Positions 35,905 to 46,135 of a stretch of 64,000 nucleotides of DNA are shown piece by piece. Made by a program: the position numbers and the translations under genes. The DNA lies in NCBI GenBank assembly GCA_029258795.1, contig JAPDKB010000002.1:96001-160000 (forward strand). The letters are read 5' to 3'. Under the pieces are notes generated by a model. It did no database searches and was not told the DNA's origin. It saw nothing but the letters and a program-made list of their open reading frames with translations. Positions within the stretch are counted from its first letter, which is position 1; every line of letters begins with the position of its first letter. This DNA is from an archaeon. Its GTDB lineage: Archaea > EX4484-52 > WAPT01.

Positions 35905-36906
35905 ATGATATTTGCAGAAATGTACGAACCAAGGCTTGATGAGATTCTCGAATTGCTGAAGAAAAATGTGAATCATGGCAGCAGGGTGTTTCTGCAGCTT
36001 CCGGAAGGACTGAAGAAAAAAGCACAGATAATAGTAGAGGGAATTGAAAAGAAAGGTTATGAAGTGGTTGTGGACATAGAACCGTGTTTTGGAGCTTGCG
36101 ATGTTCCTGTGGCAAGAGCTAAGGTGGAGGGTTGCGATGTTGTTCTTCATCTGGGGCACACGCCCATTCTGGAGCTTGATTCTCAGATAAAAGAAATGCA
36201 CGGCATTAAGGTGGTATACTATCCCGTCCATGCTATAGTGGACTTAACACCTCTGCTTGAGAGGGCTGCGGGTCTTTTGGAGAGAGGGTCAAAAGTTAGT
36301 GTAGCGACAACCATCCAGTTCCACCACGTGCTGGAAAGCATAACCGAAGAGCTTAAAAAGCAAGGTTTCACGCCCTTGATAGGAAAGAGTGCGAGAACCG
36401 GTCTGGAAGGCGTGGTTCTGGGCTGTGATTATGCCGCGATGAAGAAGATGGATGGGGAAGTAATGTCACACCTTTTCATTGCGGGAGGAGAGTTCCATGT
36501 AAAGGGTGCGATTAGAGAGGTGAACAAGTCAATTGTACACATTAATCCTGAGAGAAATGAAGTCAAGTTGATTGGAAAGGAAGAGAGGGAAAAGATCATG
36601 AGAAGGGAAATGTTGCTAGTGGAGAAGTTCAAGGAAGCGGAAAAGATAGGCATATTGACCTCCACCAAGCTCGGGCAGAGGTTCGGAGATCCATTTAAGG
36701 TTAAGAGGGCTGTGGAGAAGCTGGGCAAAAAATGCTTCGTCCTGAGTGGAGATTTGATCAGCAGAGAGAAGCTGGAAGGTTTGGATGTTGATTTTTATAT
36801 AATACTGGCTTGTCCGCGTCTGGAAGAAGATACCACCATATTCAGTGCTCCTGCCATCGCATGGGGCACTCTAGTTAAACATTTAAAGATTACAGGTATT
36901 GATTAA
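35905..36906 (+). CDS. dph2: Diphthamide biosynthesis enzyme Dph2
   Basis: LQLPEGLK, CFGACD, VLGCD, ACPR (three Fe-S ligands). Confidence 0.92.
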   Translation: MIFAEMYEPRLDEILELLKKNVNHGSRVFLQLPEGLKKKAQIIVEGIEKKGYEVVVDIEPCFGACDVPVARAKVEGCDVVLHLGHTPILELDSQIKEMHGIKVVYYPVHAIVDLTPLLERAAGLLERGSKVSVATTIQFHHVLESITEELKKQGFTPLIGKSARTGLEGVVLGCDYAAMKKMDGEVMSHLFIAGGEFHVKGAIREVNKSIVHINPERNEVKLIGKEEREKIMRREMLLVEKFKEAEKIGILTSTKLGQRFGDPFKVKRAVEKLGKKCFVLSGDLISREKLEGLDVDFYIILACPRLEEDTTIFSAPAIAWGTLVKHLKITGID

Positions 36907-36931
36907 ATGTTCAAATCCACGGGGTGAAATC

Positions 36932-37207
36932 ATGGAGATAAACGTGAAGAAGGAGAAGGACGGCACACTCATCGTGGAGGTGAAAGGTGTTGATGCTTAT
37001 CTTCCCAACCTTCTCAGACAGGAGCTGTGGAATGATGATGGAGTAACCTTTGCGGCTTTTGATAAGGATCACCCTTACATAGGAACACCGAAACTCATCG
37101 TGAGGGGAAAGAACCCGGAGAAATCCCTGATGGATGCCATTGAAAGACTTAAAAACATGTTCAAACAGCTGGAAGATTCGTTTAAATCTTCCTTTCAATC
37201 TCAGTAA
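36932..37207 (+). CDS. rpoL: RNA polymerase subunit Rpo11 (RpoL)
   Basis: NLLRQELW, FAAFDKDHP, PKLIV; SD GGGGTGA. Confidence 0.88.
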   Translation: MEINVKKEKDGTLIVEVKGVDAYLPNLLRQELWNDDGVTFAAFDKDHPYIGTPKLIVRGKNPEKSLMDAIERLKNMFKQLEDSFKSSFQSQ

Positions 37208-37319
37208 ATTTCGTTTATCGACGAAATATTATTTGTGCATTTAGATAACATTTAAAAAGTTTTTTATACTAATAGGAGCTCCACGTGAAAATTTTCTTGT
37301 GAATTGATAAAAGCTAGCG

Positions 37320-37817
37320 GTGATTATGTCCATGGAAGCACAAACCCGTATAAATCACAAAAGGAGATTCAGGATACCTGAAAAGCTGGAAGACCTGTTC
37401 TATTTATTGCTGGGAATGTTCATAGCATTCCTTATATACCACTTGATGGCATTTGCTCTGCATACTTCCGATCCAATAGTTTCGGTGGTATCATGCTCCA
37501 TGTTGCCAACACTGGATAGAGGAGACTTGCTCGTTGTTAAGGGCGTTACTTTTGAAGAGATAGTGGCGGGAAGAAAAAACGGCACCATCATAGTTTACCG
37601 CCATCCTGTGGATGGCAGGCTTATAGTTCACAGAGTATACGAGAAATTACCTGATGGGACGCTGCGAACATGGGGAGACAACAATCCCGTTCCCGACCCA
37701 TGGGTTGTACCAATCGAAAATGTGGTTGGTAAGGTTATGTATAGGATACCGTATTTGGGATATCCTAAAATAATCCTGTCGGAGCTTGTGGGAGCTACCC
37801 CTTCCATCTCATGCTGA
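37320..37817 (+). CDS. Signal peptidase I (Sec11 type)
   Basis: TM anchor, VVSCSMLPTL (Ser), RGDL, IVHRV (His), GDNN..D. Confidence 0.92.
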   Translation: MIMSMEAQTRINHKRRFRIPEKLEDLFYLLLGMFIAFLIYHLMAFALHTSDPIVSVVSCSMLPTLDRGDLLVVKGVTFEEIVAGRKNGTIIVYRHPVDGRLIVHRVYEKLPDGTLRTWGDNNPVPDPWVVPIENVVGKVMYRIPYLGYPKIILSELVGATPSISC

Positions 37818-38188
37818 ACGTTAATCTCAAGACCCGGGGGTGGTGCAGTATCAAACTGTGTAAGAAGTGTGGTAGTTTAATGCAGCCAATAAAGAAGGAT
37901 GGAAAAGTTATACTGGTGTGTATGAGGTGTGGTAGGAAAGAGAAGATGACCTCTAATGATAACTTCAAGATAACTGAAAGGATAGAGCATGATGCTGCTA
38001 GGGATAGCATTCCTGTGGTGGATGAGGAAAATGAGGTTAAACAATTACCCACAACCACAATCGAATGTCCAAAATGCGGACATAACGAGGCAGAATGGTG
38101 GACGATGCAAACCAGAAGCAGTGATGAACCGGAAACAAGGTTCTACAGATGCACAAAATGCAAGCATACATGGAGAGAATACAGCTGA
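37811..38188 (+). CDS. tfs: Transcription factor S (TFS/RpoM)
   Basis: Two Zn ribbons; QTRSSDEPETRFYRC acidic hairpin; true start uncertain (see findings). Confidence 0.93.
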   Translation: MLNVNLKTRGWCSIKLCKKCGSLMQPIKKDGKVILVCMRCGRKEKMTSNDNFKITERIEHDAARDSIPVVDEENEVKQLPTTTIECPKCGHNEAEWWTMQTRSSDEPETRFYRCTKCKHTWREYS

Positions 38189-38254
38189 ACACCCTTTTCT
38201 ACCACCTTTCTTAATTATATCATTTAAAAAAATTTACGTGCCATTAACTTCTCC

Positions 38255-38542
38255 ATGCAGCTGGATGAGGAGACGGTGCGGAGGGTGGCATTTCTTGCGC
38301 GTCTGAAGCTTGACGAGGAGGAGGTAGAGAAATACAGGAGAGAGCTGGAGAGCATACTGGAAAGCTTTCACGTTCTGAACGAAGCAAAGGTTGATGGTCT
38401 TGAGCCTGCCTTCCAGCCCATTCCCGTAAAAAACGTTTTCAGGAGGGACGATGTTGGGGAAAGTGTGCCTCAGGATCTGGCTCTTTCAAACACAAAAAAT
38501 CGAGAAGGAGGTTTTTTTAAAGGTCCAAAAGTCATGGATTGA
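38255..38542 (+). CDS. gatC: Asp/Glu-tRNA amidotransferase subunit C
   Basis: VAFLARLKL, NVFRRD, FFKGPK; adjacent to gatA. Confidence 0.92.
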   Translation: MQLDEETVRRVAFLARLKLDEEEVEKYRRELESILESFHVLNEAKVDGLEPAFQPIPVKNVFRRDDVGESVPQDLALSNTKNREGGFFKGPKVMD

Positions 38543-38550
38543 TGGTGTGA

Positions 38551-39978
38551 ATGATGACAAAAGTACAGCCTCTTCGGGAATTCATTCAGGATGTTCGGGC
38601 AGGAAATGTTGATGAGGAGGAGTTCCTGCACAGCGTTATGGAAGCTTGTAGCAAGCTTGATGAGGAGTATGAGCCGTTCATAACTCTCAGGAATGTAGAA
38701 GAGGTGTTAGAGGAAGGTAGAGGTTTGCTAAAAACTAAAGGAAAGATGCCTCTCGTACCCTTCAGCGTGAAGGACAATATATGTACCGCTGGTGTTAGAA
38801 CCACCGCCGGTAGCAAAATATTGCACGACTACATTCCGTTTTTCGATGCCACCTGCGTTAAAGCTCTCAAGGATGAAGGTGCTGTTCTGATAGGCAAAAC
38901 CGCCACAGACGAGTTCGGATTTGGCACTTTCTGCACCAACTGCGCTTTTTGCACACCTAAAAATCCGCACGACAAGAGCAGGGTTTGTGGCGGTTCTTCC
39001 GGAGGAGCTGCATGTATAACAGCATTGGCGTCATTTCCGCACGTTGCAATCGCTGAAAGTACCGGCGGTTCTATAGCGTGTCCCGCAAGTTTCTGTGGAG
39101 TGTTCGGTTTCACCCCCACTTATGGTGTTGTGAGCAGGTACGGGCTGGTGGATTACGCTAACTCACTGGATAAAATAGGTCTGATGGCGAAATATATTGA
39201 TGACATCATGCTCGCATTTGAGTTCATATCCCGCAGGGATGAGCGTGATTCCACATGCGTTGGACTTGATAAGGAAGATCACGACATAACTCTTGAGAGG
39301 ATTACACTCGGGATTCCGAAAGAGTTTGTGGAAGCTGTAACGGATGAGAAAGTGCTGAAGACCTTCCAGAGCTTTGTGAAGAAGCTTGAGGGAAACGGCG
39401 TCAACATCGTTCAGGTGAGCATTCCATCCGTGAAATACGCTCTTGCAGCTTACTACATAGTTGCAACGGCTGAAGCTTCCACCAATCTAGCGAAGTTCTG
39501 CGGGATGAGGTACGGCTATGAGAAGAATCCGGAGGGAAAGCATTACAACGAGTATTTCAGCGAGGTGAGAAGCGAAGGTTTTGGGGAGGAGGCAAAACGA
39601 AGAATCCTCTTGGGTACATTTGCAAGGATGGCCGGTTACAGAGATGCTTACTACCTGAGAGCCTTGAAGGTCAGAACACTTGTGATCAGAGAGTTTGAGA
39701 AAGCTCTGAAGAATGCGGACTTTTTGCTGGCTCCAACTATGCCTGTACTTCCTCCACGTTTTGAAGATGTGAAGGAGATGAGCCCTGCCGAAGTTTACGC
39801 CATGGATGTGCTCACCGTGCCCGCCAACTTTGCTGGCTTACCTCACATTTCCCTGCCGTGCGGAAGCGTCGCTGGACTTCCGGTTGGGGTGCAGCTGATG
39901 GGCAGGCACTTTTCCGACTGGAAAATGCTTTCTCTGGCAAAAATAATGGAGGAAGCTGAACTCACGCATTCCTTCTGA
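38551..39978 (+). CDS. gatA: Asp/Glu-tRNA amidotransferase subunit A
   Basis: SVKDN, GGSSGG, STGGSI, RSEGFGEEAKRRILLGT. Confidence 0.95.
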   Translation: MMTKVQPLREFIQDVRAGNVDEEEFLHSVMEACSKLDEEYEPFITLRNVEEVLEEGRGLLKTKGKMPLVPFSVKDNICTAGVRTTAGSKILHDYIPFFDATCVKALKDEGAVLIGKTATDEFGFGTFCTNCAFCTPKNPHDKSRVCGGSSGGAACITALASFPHVAIAESTGGSIACPASFCGVFGFTPTYGVVSRYGLVDYANSLDKIGLMAKYIDDIMLAFEFISRRDERDSTCVGLDKEDHDITLERITLGIPKEFVEAVTDEKVLKTFQSFVKKLEGNGVNIVQVSIPSVKYALAAYYIVATAEASTNLAKFCGMRYGYEKNPEGKHYNEYFSEVRSEGFGEEAKRRILLGTFARMAGYRDAYYLRALKVRTLVIREFEKALKNADFLLAPTMPVLPPRFEDVKEMSPAEVYAMDVLTVPANFAGLPHISLPCGSVAGLPVGVQLMGRHFSDWKMLSLAKIMEEAELTHSF

Positions 39979-42900
39979 GCAGGAGTATAAGTGTGGACAT
40001 GACCATCACAGCCATGAGTTGTACGAGCTCTATTCCCGGAGCTTGTGTTTCTGCTCCTTCTGCAACCAGCTCCTTAAAGTTTAGAGTTACGTCTGCAACT
40101 TGTTTTTGAGATGTGCTCCAGCTGGTTGCAGTGATTTTTAAAATACACGATGGTTTGGTTGGATCGTAGACTGGCGTATAGACCTTGACAGGAATCCTCG
40201 TGATTTTGCCTGGAGGAATTGTGAAGCTCGTCTCTTTCTCGTATGGTGTGCCTTCATAACCAGCAAACCACGCTCTCACAAACTTGGAGCATCCTGAAGT
40301 ATTCAGTTTGAGGTCTATTAACTCATTAAATGTGTTGGGGTTTTTTATAGTAACAACGAGCCTCTTTTCAACACCTACTGTAATGTCTAGATTAGATGTT
40401 ACTATAAGTGAAGCCGACTTCGGCACGGAAGCGGATTCTACGCATTTAGACCTCACACAGCTTCCTGTTGCACAATCGCTTGATGTGCTGCATTTACAAT
40501 CTTTATCAGCCTGAACTTTGATGTCAAGGGCAGTGTAGTTCTTGTTGCCTGCTTTGTCCCATGCAACAATATAATATTCTTTGGTTTCTGAAGTACATCT
40601 ATCTAACGATATTTTACATACCTTGTCCTTGTCTACCTGATACTTCCATTCACAAATCACCTGATCGCAGTTGGGTGTAGGACACACTCTTATAATATCG
40701 ACCCCGCTCTTCCCGACGGTCGGCGATGTCTCATTATCATAGACATCCTCCACATTTGGATATTTGAAGGTGATGACCCACACTCTACTCACATCATCAA
40801 ATGTGAGGTTGTATGCTGTTTCAGGGCTGTGAATCACCGGAGGAAGCACATCCGGCAGGAAGAGCGACTCTCCCTTATAAGTATTTGCTTCACACACATA
40901 GCCCTGCCCGTTCTCGTCAAATACCAGTGTACCCTGATGTACTTGCTTAACGAGAGGCACACCGGTAGCTATCTCCACATTTTCATCACCATCAGGAGCA
41001 CTTTCGCACTTCCAGACAGTATGGAACCCTTTATAACCTGAAGCCGCACTTGCATTGCATGCGTAACGTCCGGCAGGTAGTTCTGCAGCAAGGCTATCTG
41101 GTGTGTCATCACCTATCTTTTCAATTTCATGCGATACCCAATGCTCACCATCCTTACATGAGCGATACACTGGAATGGGTTGCTTAGATTCGATATGACC
41201 CAGTGCACTATCGAGACCCTTTGAGTTATAAAGCTTTTTCGCATCTTCAGCCAAAAAATTATTCGCTGGTCCAAAACCACAGAGAGCAACCTCGTAATAG
41301 TTTCCAGTTTTACCGTTCACTTCAAGTGTTACGGGATTCATCAAACATTCCTCCCAGTTATATATGCATGCTGCAAGCACAGCAGGATCGAGACCTGCGA
41401 GCTCACCATAATTCCAATTTATGTTTGCCATCTGTTTCACGTCGCAGGTAGTATTTATGGTCAATGTCAGATTAACCATATCTATATTTAACGAACAATC
41501 ATACCCTACCGTTATGTTAACATGTATAGATGCGTCACTTCCATACTCTATTTTGTACTTATCTGGCACGCAGGTAAATTTTGGAGTATCACAACCTGCA
41601 GGTTCCACGTTGAATGCTTCCAGAACTTCCGTGGTGGATGGTTTGGGCATATCGCTACTCAGCACTTCTTCAAGATCGTCTGAACTCTTAATTGAAGTAT
41701 AAAACTCCGATGCATTTTCAAAGCCATACTTTGTTACATCAACATTAGAAAGCTTTACTTCGATATCTTCTCTTTCTAGAACATCCGTAAGTTCTCCTCT
41801 AAAAACGACATCGTCTAGTTTTTCACTACAAATTTGGTCAGAGTAGAAAGCAAAATCTGCAACCGTTTCCAAAACGCTTAAAGTATCTTCCTTATTGGCA
41901 TTATAAGCGTCAACAAGATCTGACGCGTCGCATATTTCCATCCCGTTAATTTTTGGTATGTCGAAAACAGAGAGGATTACATTTGTTTTCCTTTGTCTGG
42001 TTGATGTGCCAGATAGTTGTTGAGGAGTCACTTGTTCATTCACACCGATTAAGAAGTCCTGAGAATAAAACACTCTATTATATCCATCTCCCACGACCAA
42101 TCCCGGACCGGTAGTCACGGATACGCTACCCCACCCACCGTCTGGTTCCGGTGCTGTGAGGCTCTTACGAGCCACAACATTTTCTATACCCTGTCTTAAT
42201 CTCTTTCTGAAAGCCCACGCCCTGTAAGCATCAACTTTCCAGCTTAAATTATAGTACTTTTTGAACACTTTCTGCGTGTCTGGAATTTTCAGTCCAAGCA
42301 TAGGATGGGATAAAGTTACACTTAAGTTTTTGTGTCTAGCGTAAATTCCAGTGAGAATGCTTTCAACTCCACCGCTCTCATTTACAAGGCTCACTTTTAC
42401 TCTCATCATAGGAATCCTGTTCTGACACGCCTGTATGAAAGCGTTAAAAGTAACATTGACAGTCTCGTTGGTGAGTGGCCATCCCGGAATCAAGGAGTCC
42501 ACACCACCCGGATTAAATTCAAACGTCAGCTCCGGATGCTTGGTAATACCACGCATTAACAGCCAGTAACCAAAAGTAGCACATCCTTTACAGTAATTAA
42601 ACTCATTGTTATATTCCCAGGGTTCTATCCACGCTTCTGGACTGTCACATGTGGGGTTACTATCGACTATACACATAAATTTGTTCGAGCTCGAAGCAAA
42701 TTGTTGTGTTGTGGTTGTTGCACTAGAACTAGATGAGGATGACGCAGATGCTGTATTATCTATGACTTCCCACACATCACATGTTGGGGGGTTGGCGCAC
42801 TTAACCTCTGCCCATTCAGCACAAGTCGGCGGATCTGCACAGCCGCTTACAGGTTTCCCGCTCCCGTCCGTGACATTTAATAATTTACCCTCCTGCCCTT

Positions 42901-43213
42901 CTACCCATTTCCAATTAGTTACGTAGGTGCCACCATGCCAGTCGCGCCTCTCATAACTCCAACACAGATAGCCATTACATTTAATACACAATCTTAGTGT
43001 GCCCTCACTGGTAGTGCCGGCAGTAGAATAAAGTGCGTTTTCAGGACAGATTCTGGCATCTGAACAGTCCCTGGTGTCTATTACGTTAACTAAGCTACAT
43101 AGAGATTGAGGGTTTTGCTTAACACATTTATCTGCAAAAACCTGCGAGACGAGGTGTGTATACATTATACCTGCAATCAACATTGTTAAAATAAAGACTC
43201 TTATCTTTCTCAT
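39962..43213 (-). CDS. Large Cys-rich secreted surface protein with C-terminal PG-motif/TM/basic tail
   Basis: 1083 aa; signal peptide, many Cys, Ser/Thr linker, AWDKAGN Ig-like motif, ends APGIELVQLMAVMVMSTLILLLRRNA. Confidence 0.75.
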   Translation of the reverse strand: MRKIRVFILTMLIAGIMYTHLVSQVFADKCVKQNPQSLCSLVNVIDTRDCSDARICPENALYSTAGTTSEGTLRLCIKCNGYLCWSYERRDWHGGTYVTNWKWVEGQEGKLLNVTDGSGKPVSGCADPPTCAEWAEVKCANPPTCDVWEVIDNTASASSSSSSSATTTTQQFASSSNKFMCIVDSNPTCDSPEAWIEPWEYNNEFNYCKGCATFGYWLLMRGITKHPELTFEFNPGGVDSLIPGWPLTNETVNVTFNAFIQACQNRIPMMRVKVSLVNESGGVESILTGIYARHKNLSVTLSHPMLGLKIPDTQKVFKKYYNLSWKVDAYRAWAFRKRLRQGIENVVARKSLTAPEPDGGWGSVSVTTGPGLVVGDGYNRVFYSQDFLIGVNEQVTPQQLSGTSTRQRKTNVILSVFDIPKINGMEICDASDLVDAYNANKEDTLSVLETVADFAFYSDQICSEKLDDVVFRGELTDVLEREDIEVKLSNVDVTKYGFENASEFYTSIKSSDDLEEVLSSDMPKPSTTEVLEAFNVEPAGCDTPKFTCVPDKYKIEYGSDASIHVNITVGYDCSLNIDMVNLTLTINTTCDVKQMANINWNYGELAGLDPAVLAACIYNWEECLMNPVTLEVNGKTGNYYEVALCGFGPANNFLAEDAKKLYNSKGLDSALGHIESKQPIPVYRSCKDGEHWVSHEIEKIGDDTPDSLAAELPAGRYACNASAASGYKGFHTVWKCESAPDGDENVEIATGVPLVKQVHQGTLVFDENGQGYVCEANTYKGESLFLPDVLPPVIHSPETAYNLTFDDVSRVWVITFKYPNVEDVYDNETSPTVGKSGVDIIRVCPTPNCDQVICEWKYQVDKDKVCKISLDRCTSETKEYYIVAWDKAGNKNYTALDIKVQADKDCKCSTSSDCATGSCVRSKCVESASVPKSASLIVTSNLDITVGVEKRLVVTIKNPNTFNELIDLKLNTSGCSKFVRAWFAGYEGTPYEKETSFTIPPGKITRIPVKVYTPVYDPTKPSCILKITATSWSTSQKQVADVTLNFKELVAEGAETQAPGIELVQLMAVMVMSTLILLLRRNA

Positions 43214-43216
43214 CTC

Positions 43217-44581
43217 TCATCCCCTCCGTTTCACCAGTAGTATAAGTGTGAGGATCATGAATATGGCCATCGCTGCAATGCTGATCAACACCTTCTTGTG
43301 CATTGGTATTTTTTCCTCTTCTTTTGTTTGCGCTTTAAGAGTCAAACAGTCCAAACAGCCGTATCCAATTTCACTCTCCTCACACACACCATCAGTAAAA
43401 CATGGTACTGAAAGGTCTCTTATGCGCCCGTCGGGATAAATGATTTTTTCTGGTTCAAGTTTGTGGTACTCCACAATCTTGCTATCAAGGAGATTATTGT
43501 TTGCATCATAAAGATCAACCTTTAAAGTATACTTGTCAAGTTTTTCTGGTGCTTTCATCCTGACCTCTGTAACATAACTCTCTGGAGGAAGTTCTTTGAT
43601 TTCGAGCGTTTTACTCTTTAGGGTATTGCCATCTTTCATGATACTGACGACAAGTTTCACATCTCTTACCTCGCTATATCCATCAGCTGCACCAACCAGA
43701 TAAATCTGAAGCACAATATCTTCACCTTTCTCGTAAACATCTTTAGAATTAATAACATCGACAATTCTCCCGCTTACTCCCCTCACAACAATTCTCACTC
43801 TTTGCATCCCCACTCTTTCGAGGGTGTTCGCATCTTTCAGCACTACCACAATATCGTATGTTCCGGACCTTCCGATTTTAAGTGGTTCAGAAAACTCCTT
43901 TTCCTCTCTAGCATCAAGTTTGACACTCTCCTCCTTCAAAACTTCTCCATTATTTATATCTCCGTTTGCAGTAGTGAGGATATACTCGATCTTCATATGT
44001 CTTGGGTTATCCGCACGGCTTATAAGAGAGAACTTCACGTCGAACAGCTCATTAATATTAACAGACTCTCCTCTCAACCCATAGGACGGGATATAAAGGG
44101 TTGTACTACCCGCGTGCCTCGGAATCACAACATGGACCGGGTTAGATAAGTTAAAATAAATATCATACTTACAGGGTGAGAGAGGAAGGGAATTTTCATC
44201 TAGATCTAATATCTTGTCATAAATTGGATCGCCTCCGCCCGAGTAAAATTTGACCACCAATTTATAGTCTTCGCCCTTACACAGGTTAGGCAAGGAGAGT
44301 TTATAACTGAGCTCTTTCACTTCTCGAGGCGCGAGCAAGATGCTTGTAGAAAGCACAGTGAACATCTCCGCATTGTCTTTACTCCTCAAAATAATGGCCC
44401 TTAATATTACTTTTTTCACAGAATCATCATAATTAATCAACATTCCGTTGAGTTCATTACCTGAAATTTTAACACCGGTCACGCCGACGTATTTGGCCGC
44501 GGAAATTGGAGCCATAAAAGTAAGCGCAAGCATGAGCGCCAGTACAGAAAACAAAGTATAAGACAAATTTGAGAGTCGCAT
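43217..44581 (-). CDS. Secreted Ig-like domain protein with C-terminal membrane anchor
   Basis: Signal peptide, beta-sandwich repeats, CFTDGVCEESEIGYGCLDC, TM plus KRR. Confidence 0.75.
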   Translation of the reverse strand: MRLSNLSYTLFSVLALMLALTFMAPISAAKYVGVTGVKISGNELNGMLINYDDSVKKVILRAIILRSKDNAEMFTVLSTSILLAPREVKELSYKLSLPNLCKGEDYKLVVKFYSGGGDPIYDKILDLDENSLPLSPCKYDIYFNLSNPVHVVIPRHAGSTTLYIPSYGLRGESVNINELFDVKFSLISRADNPRHMKIEYILTTANGDINNGEVLKEESVKLDAREEKEFSEPLKIGRSGTYDIVVVLKDANTLERVGMQRVRIVVRGVSGRIVDVINSKDVYEKGEDIVLQIYLVGAADGYSEVRDVKLVVSIMKDGNTLKSKTLEIKELPPESYVTEVRMKAPEKLDKYTLKVDLYDANNNLLDSKIVEYHKLEPEKIIYPDGRIRDLSVPCFTDGVCEESEIGYGCLDCLTLKAQTKEEEKIPMHKKVLISIAAMAIFMILTLILLVKRRG

Positions 44582-44631
44582 GATTATCTTAGAGATTTAA
44601 GGTATATATAAAAATTACGCCTTCTCTCGGC

Positions 44632-45423
44632 GAGTGCGTCCGGATAACTAAGAATTTCTCCACCACAATATAAAAATCAAAATAAGAAGGCATCACCTCC
44701 CGAGGAAGTAATACGGGGGAGGAATGTGATGCCAGATGGAAATCTACTCCCTGATAAAAAACATTCTCTCAAACATATTTAAACGTAACAGAATCCCGCT
44801 TGAAATAAAACTCCTTGCCGTAACTTTATTCTTGCATGGTATGGGTGTGAGAAGGATAAGGAAAGTGGTTCAATCCTCCAAATCTTCAGTACACGAATGG
44901 ACCTTAAAGTTCAGGCAGGTTCTGAACTTTAAGGTGGAAAAGAAGAGAAGGAGATGCATAGCAATAGATGAAACCAAGCTGAGAGTGAATCAAGCATGGT
45001 ATTACATCCATGCTGCCATGGACGCGGAAACAAAAGAATTGATAGTGATGAAAGCATACACATCAAGAAATTACTTGAACACACTCGATTTCATAAAACG
45101 GGTTACGAGATTTTGCACAAACAGGGATTTTGAGATAATAACGGATAAGATGCCGTGTTATGAACAGGTATGCAGAAGGCTTGGAGTAAGGTGGAGACAT
45201 GAGACTTTTGGAAGGAGGAATTGTATTGAGCATGTGTTCAGATCATTCAAGTTTTTCACGATGAGGTTTAATCACTGTCTGTGCGTTGATTTACGTAAGG
45301 TGAGTTTGAGACTGGACAGGGATTACTGGTTTAAGAGGGTGCTGTATTTGCTTGAATTGTGGTGTGGAATGTTTATGTTTTATTGGAATGTTTTTAGGAG
45401 GTGAGGCTTATCCGGACGCACTC
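44632..45423 (+). mobile_element. IS6-family insertion sequence (792 bp)
   Basis: Perfect 16-bp terminal IRs GAGTGCGTCCGGATAA (44632-44647 and 45408-45423) around a transposase; no flanking direct repeat. Confidence 0.92.
44736..45404 (+). CDS. IS6-family DDE transposase
   Basis: HTH (GVRRI...SSVHEW), IAIDET, IITDK, NCIE. Confidence 0.9.
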   Translation: MEIYSLIKNILSNIFKRNRIPLEIKLLAVTLFLHGMGVRRIRKVVQSSKSSVHEWTLKFRQVLNFKVEKKRRRCIAIDETKLRVNQAWYYIHAAMDAETKELIVMKAYTSRNYLNTLDFIKRVTRFCTNRDFEIITDKMPCYEQVCRRLGVRWRHETFGRRNCIEHVFRSFKFFTMRFNHCLCVDLRKVSLRLDRDYWFKRVLYLLELWCGMFMFYWNVFRR

Positions 45424-46049
45424 CTCCGGTCAATCTCGTTGTGCACCACAGCTATGCAGCTTGATGCCAGATAGGGTAAAGGTCCAACGGAGATTTTTTC
45501 AGCTCCCAGCTTGTTGATTACGTAGTCCTCAACTTTTTTGGGCATGCCTATATGATCCCCGAGAATGAAGCAACAGTTATCTCCGAAATCCTCAACCTCT
45601 CTTATGTCCTCTCCTTTCTCGTGCAGCACAAAAAGCTTGAAATTGCACATCTCCTTCAATTCCTTAACGAGAGGCACAACATCTTTCCTAGCAATATAAA
45701 TCCCATCCTGAACCTTAACCCATTCCTCCCCCCTTTCCTGCGCTTTCCTTCCTTCTCTCTCCCATTTTTCAAGAGCTTTCTTTATCCAGCTACCCACATT
45801 TCGTTCATCCAGGGACAAGCGTTTGATGCTATCGGAAAAAAATCCGATGGTTTTGGGCGGGTCCGGAGGACCGTTCAGCACCGCGTAAAAAGCCACATTC
45901 TCCCTCAAATCATGACTCAGCCAGAGCGCCTGAGTAACACATCTCGCCACCAGGTCCATCCTGCCCCCGCTCCCCGGCAGGTCATTTAAAGAAAAGATCG
46001 GGGCTGTAGCACCCTTTCTGGAATAAAGCACGAACGCTCTTGTACTCAT
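45408..46049 (-). CDS. trmY: tRNA (pseudouridine54-N1)-methyltransferase TrmY
   Basis: LNDLPGSGGRMDLVARC, SHDLR, DER, ILGDHIG, VHNEID; ATG 46049. Confidence 0.93.
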   Translation of the reverse strand: MSTRAFVLYSRKGATAPIFSLNDLPGSGGRMDLVARCVTQALWLSHDLRENVAFYAVLNGPPDPPKTIGFFSDSIKRLSLDERNVGSWIKKALEKWEREGRKAQERGEEWVKVQDGIYIARKDVVPLVKELKEMCNFKLFVLHEKGEDIREVEDFGDNCCFILGDHIGMPKKVEDYVINKLGAEKISVGPLPYLASSCIAVVHNEIDRRSASG

Positions 46050-46135
46050 GTTGTAATGGAAGTGTGAAAAAATTGTTAAATCTTCCGCCGAAACGATAGA
46101 AATGTGTGCATCACCTTTTGGAGGTGAATTAGGGA

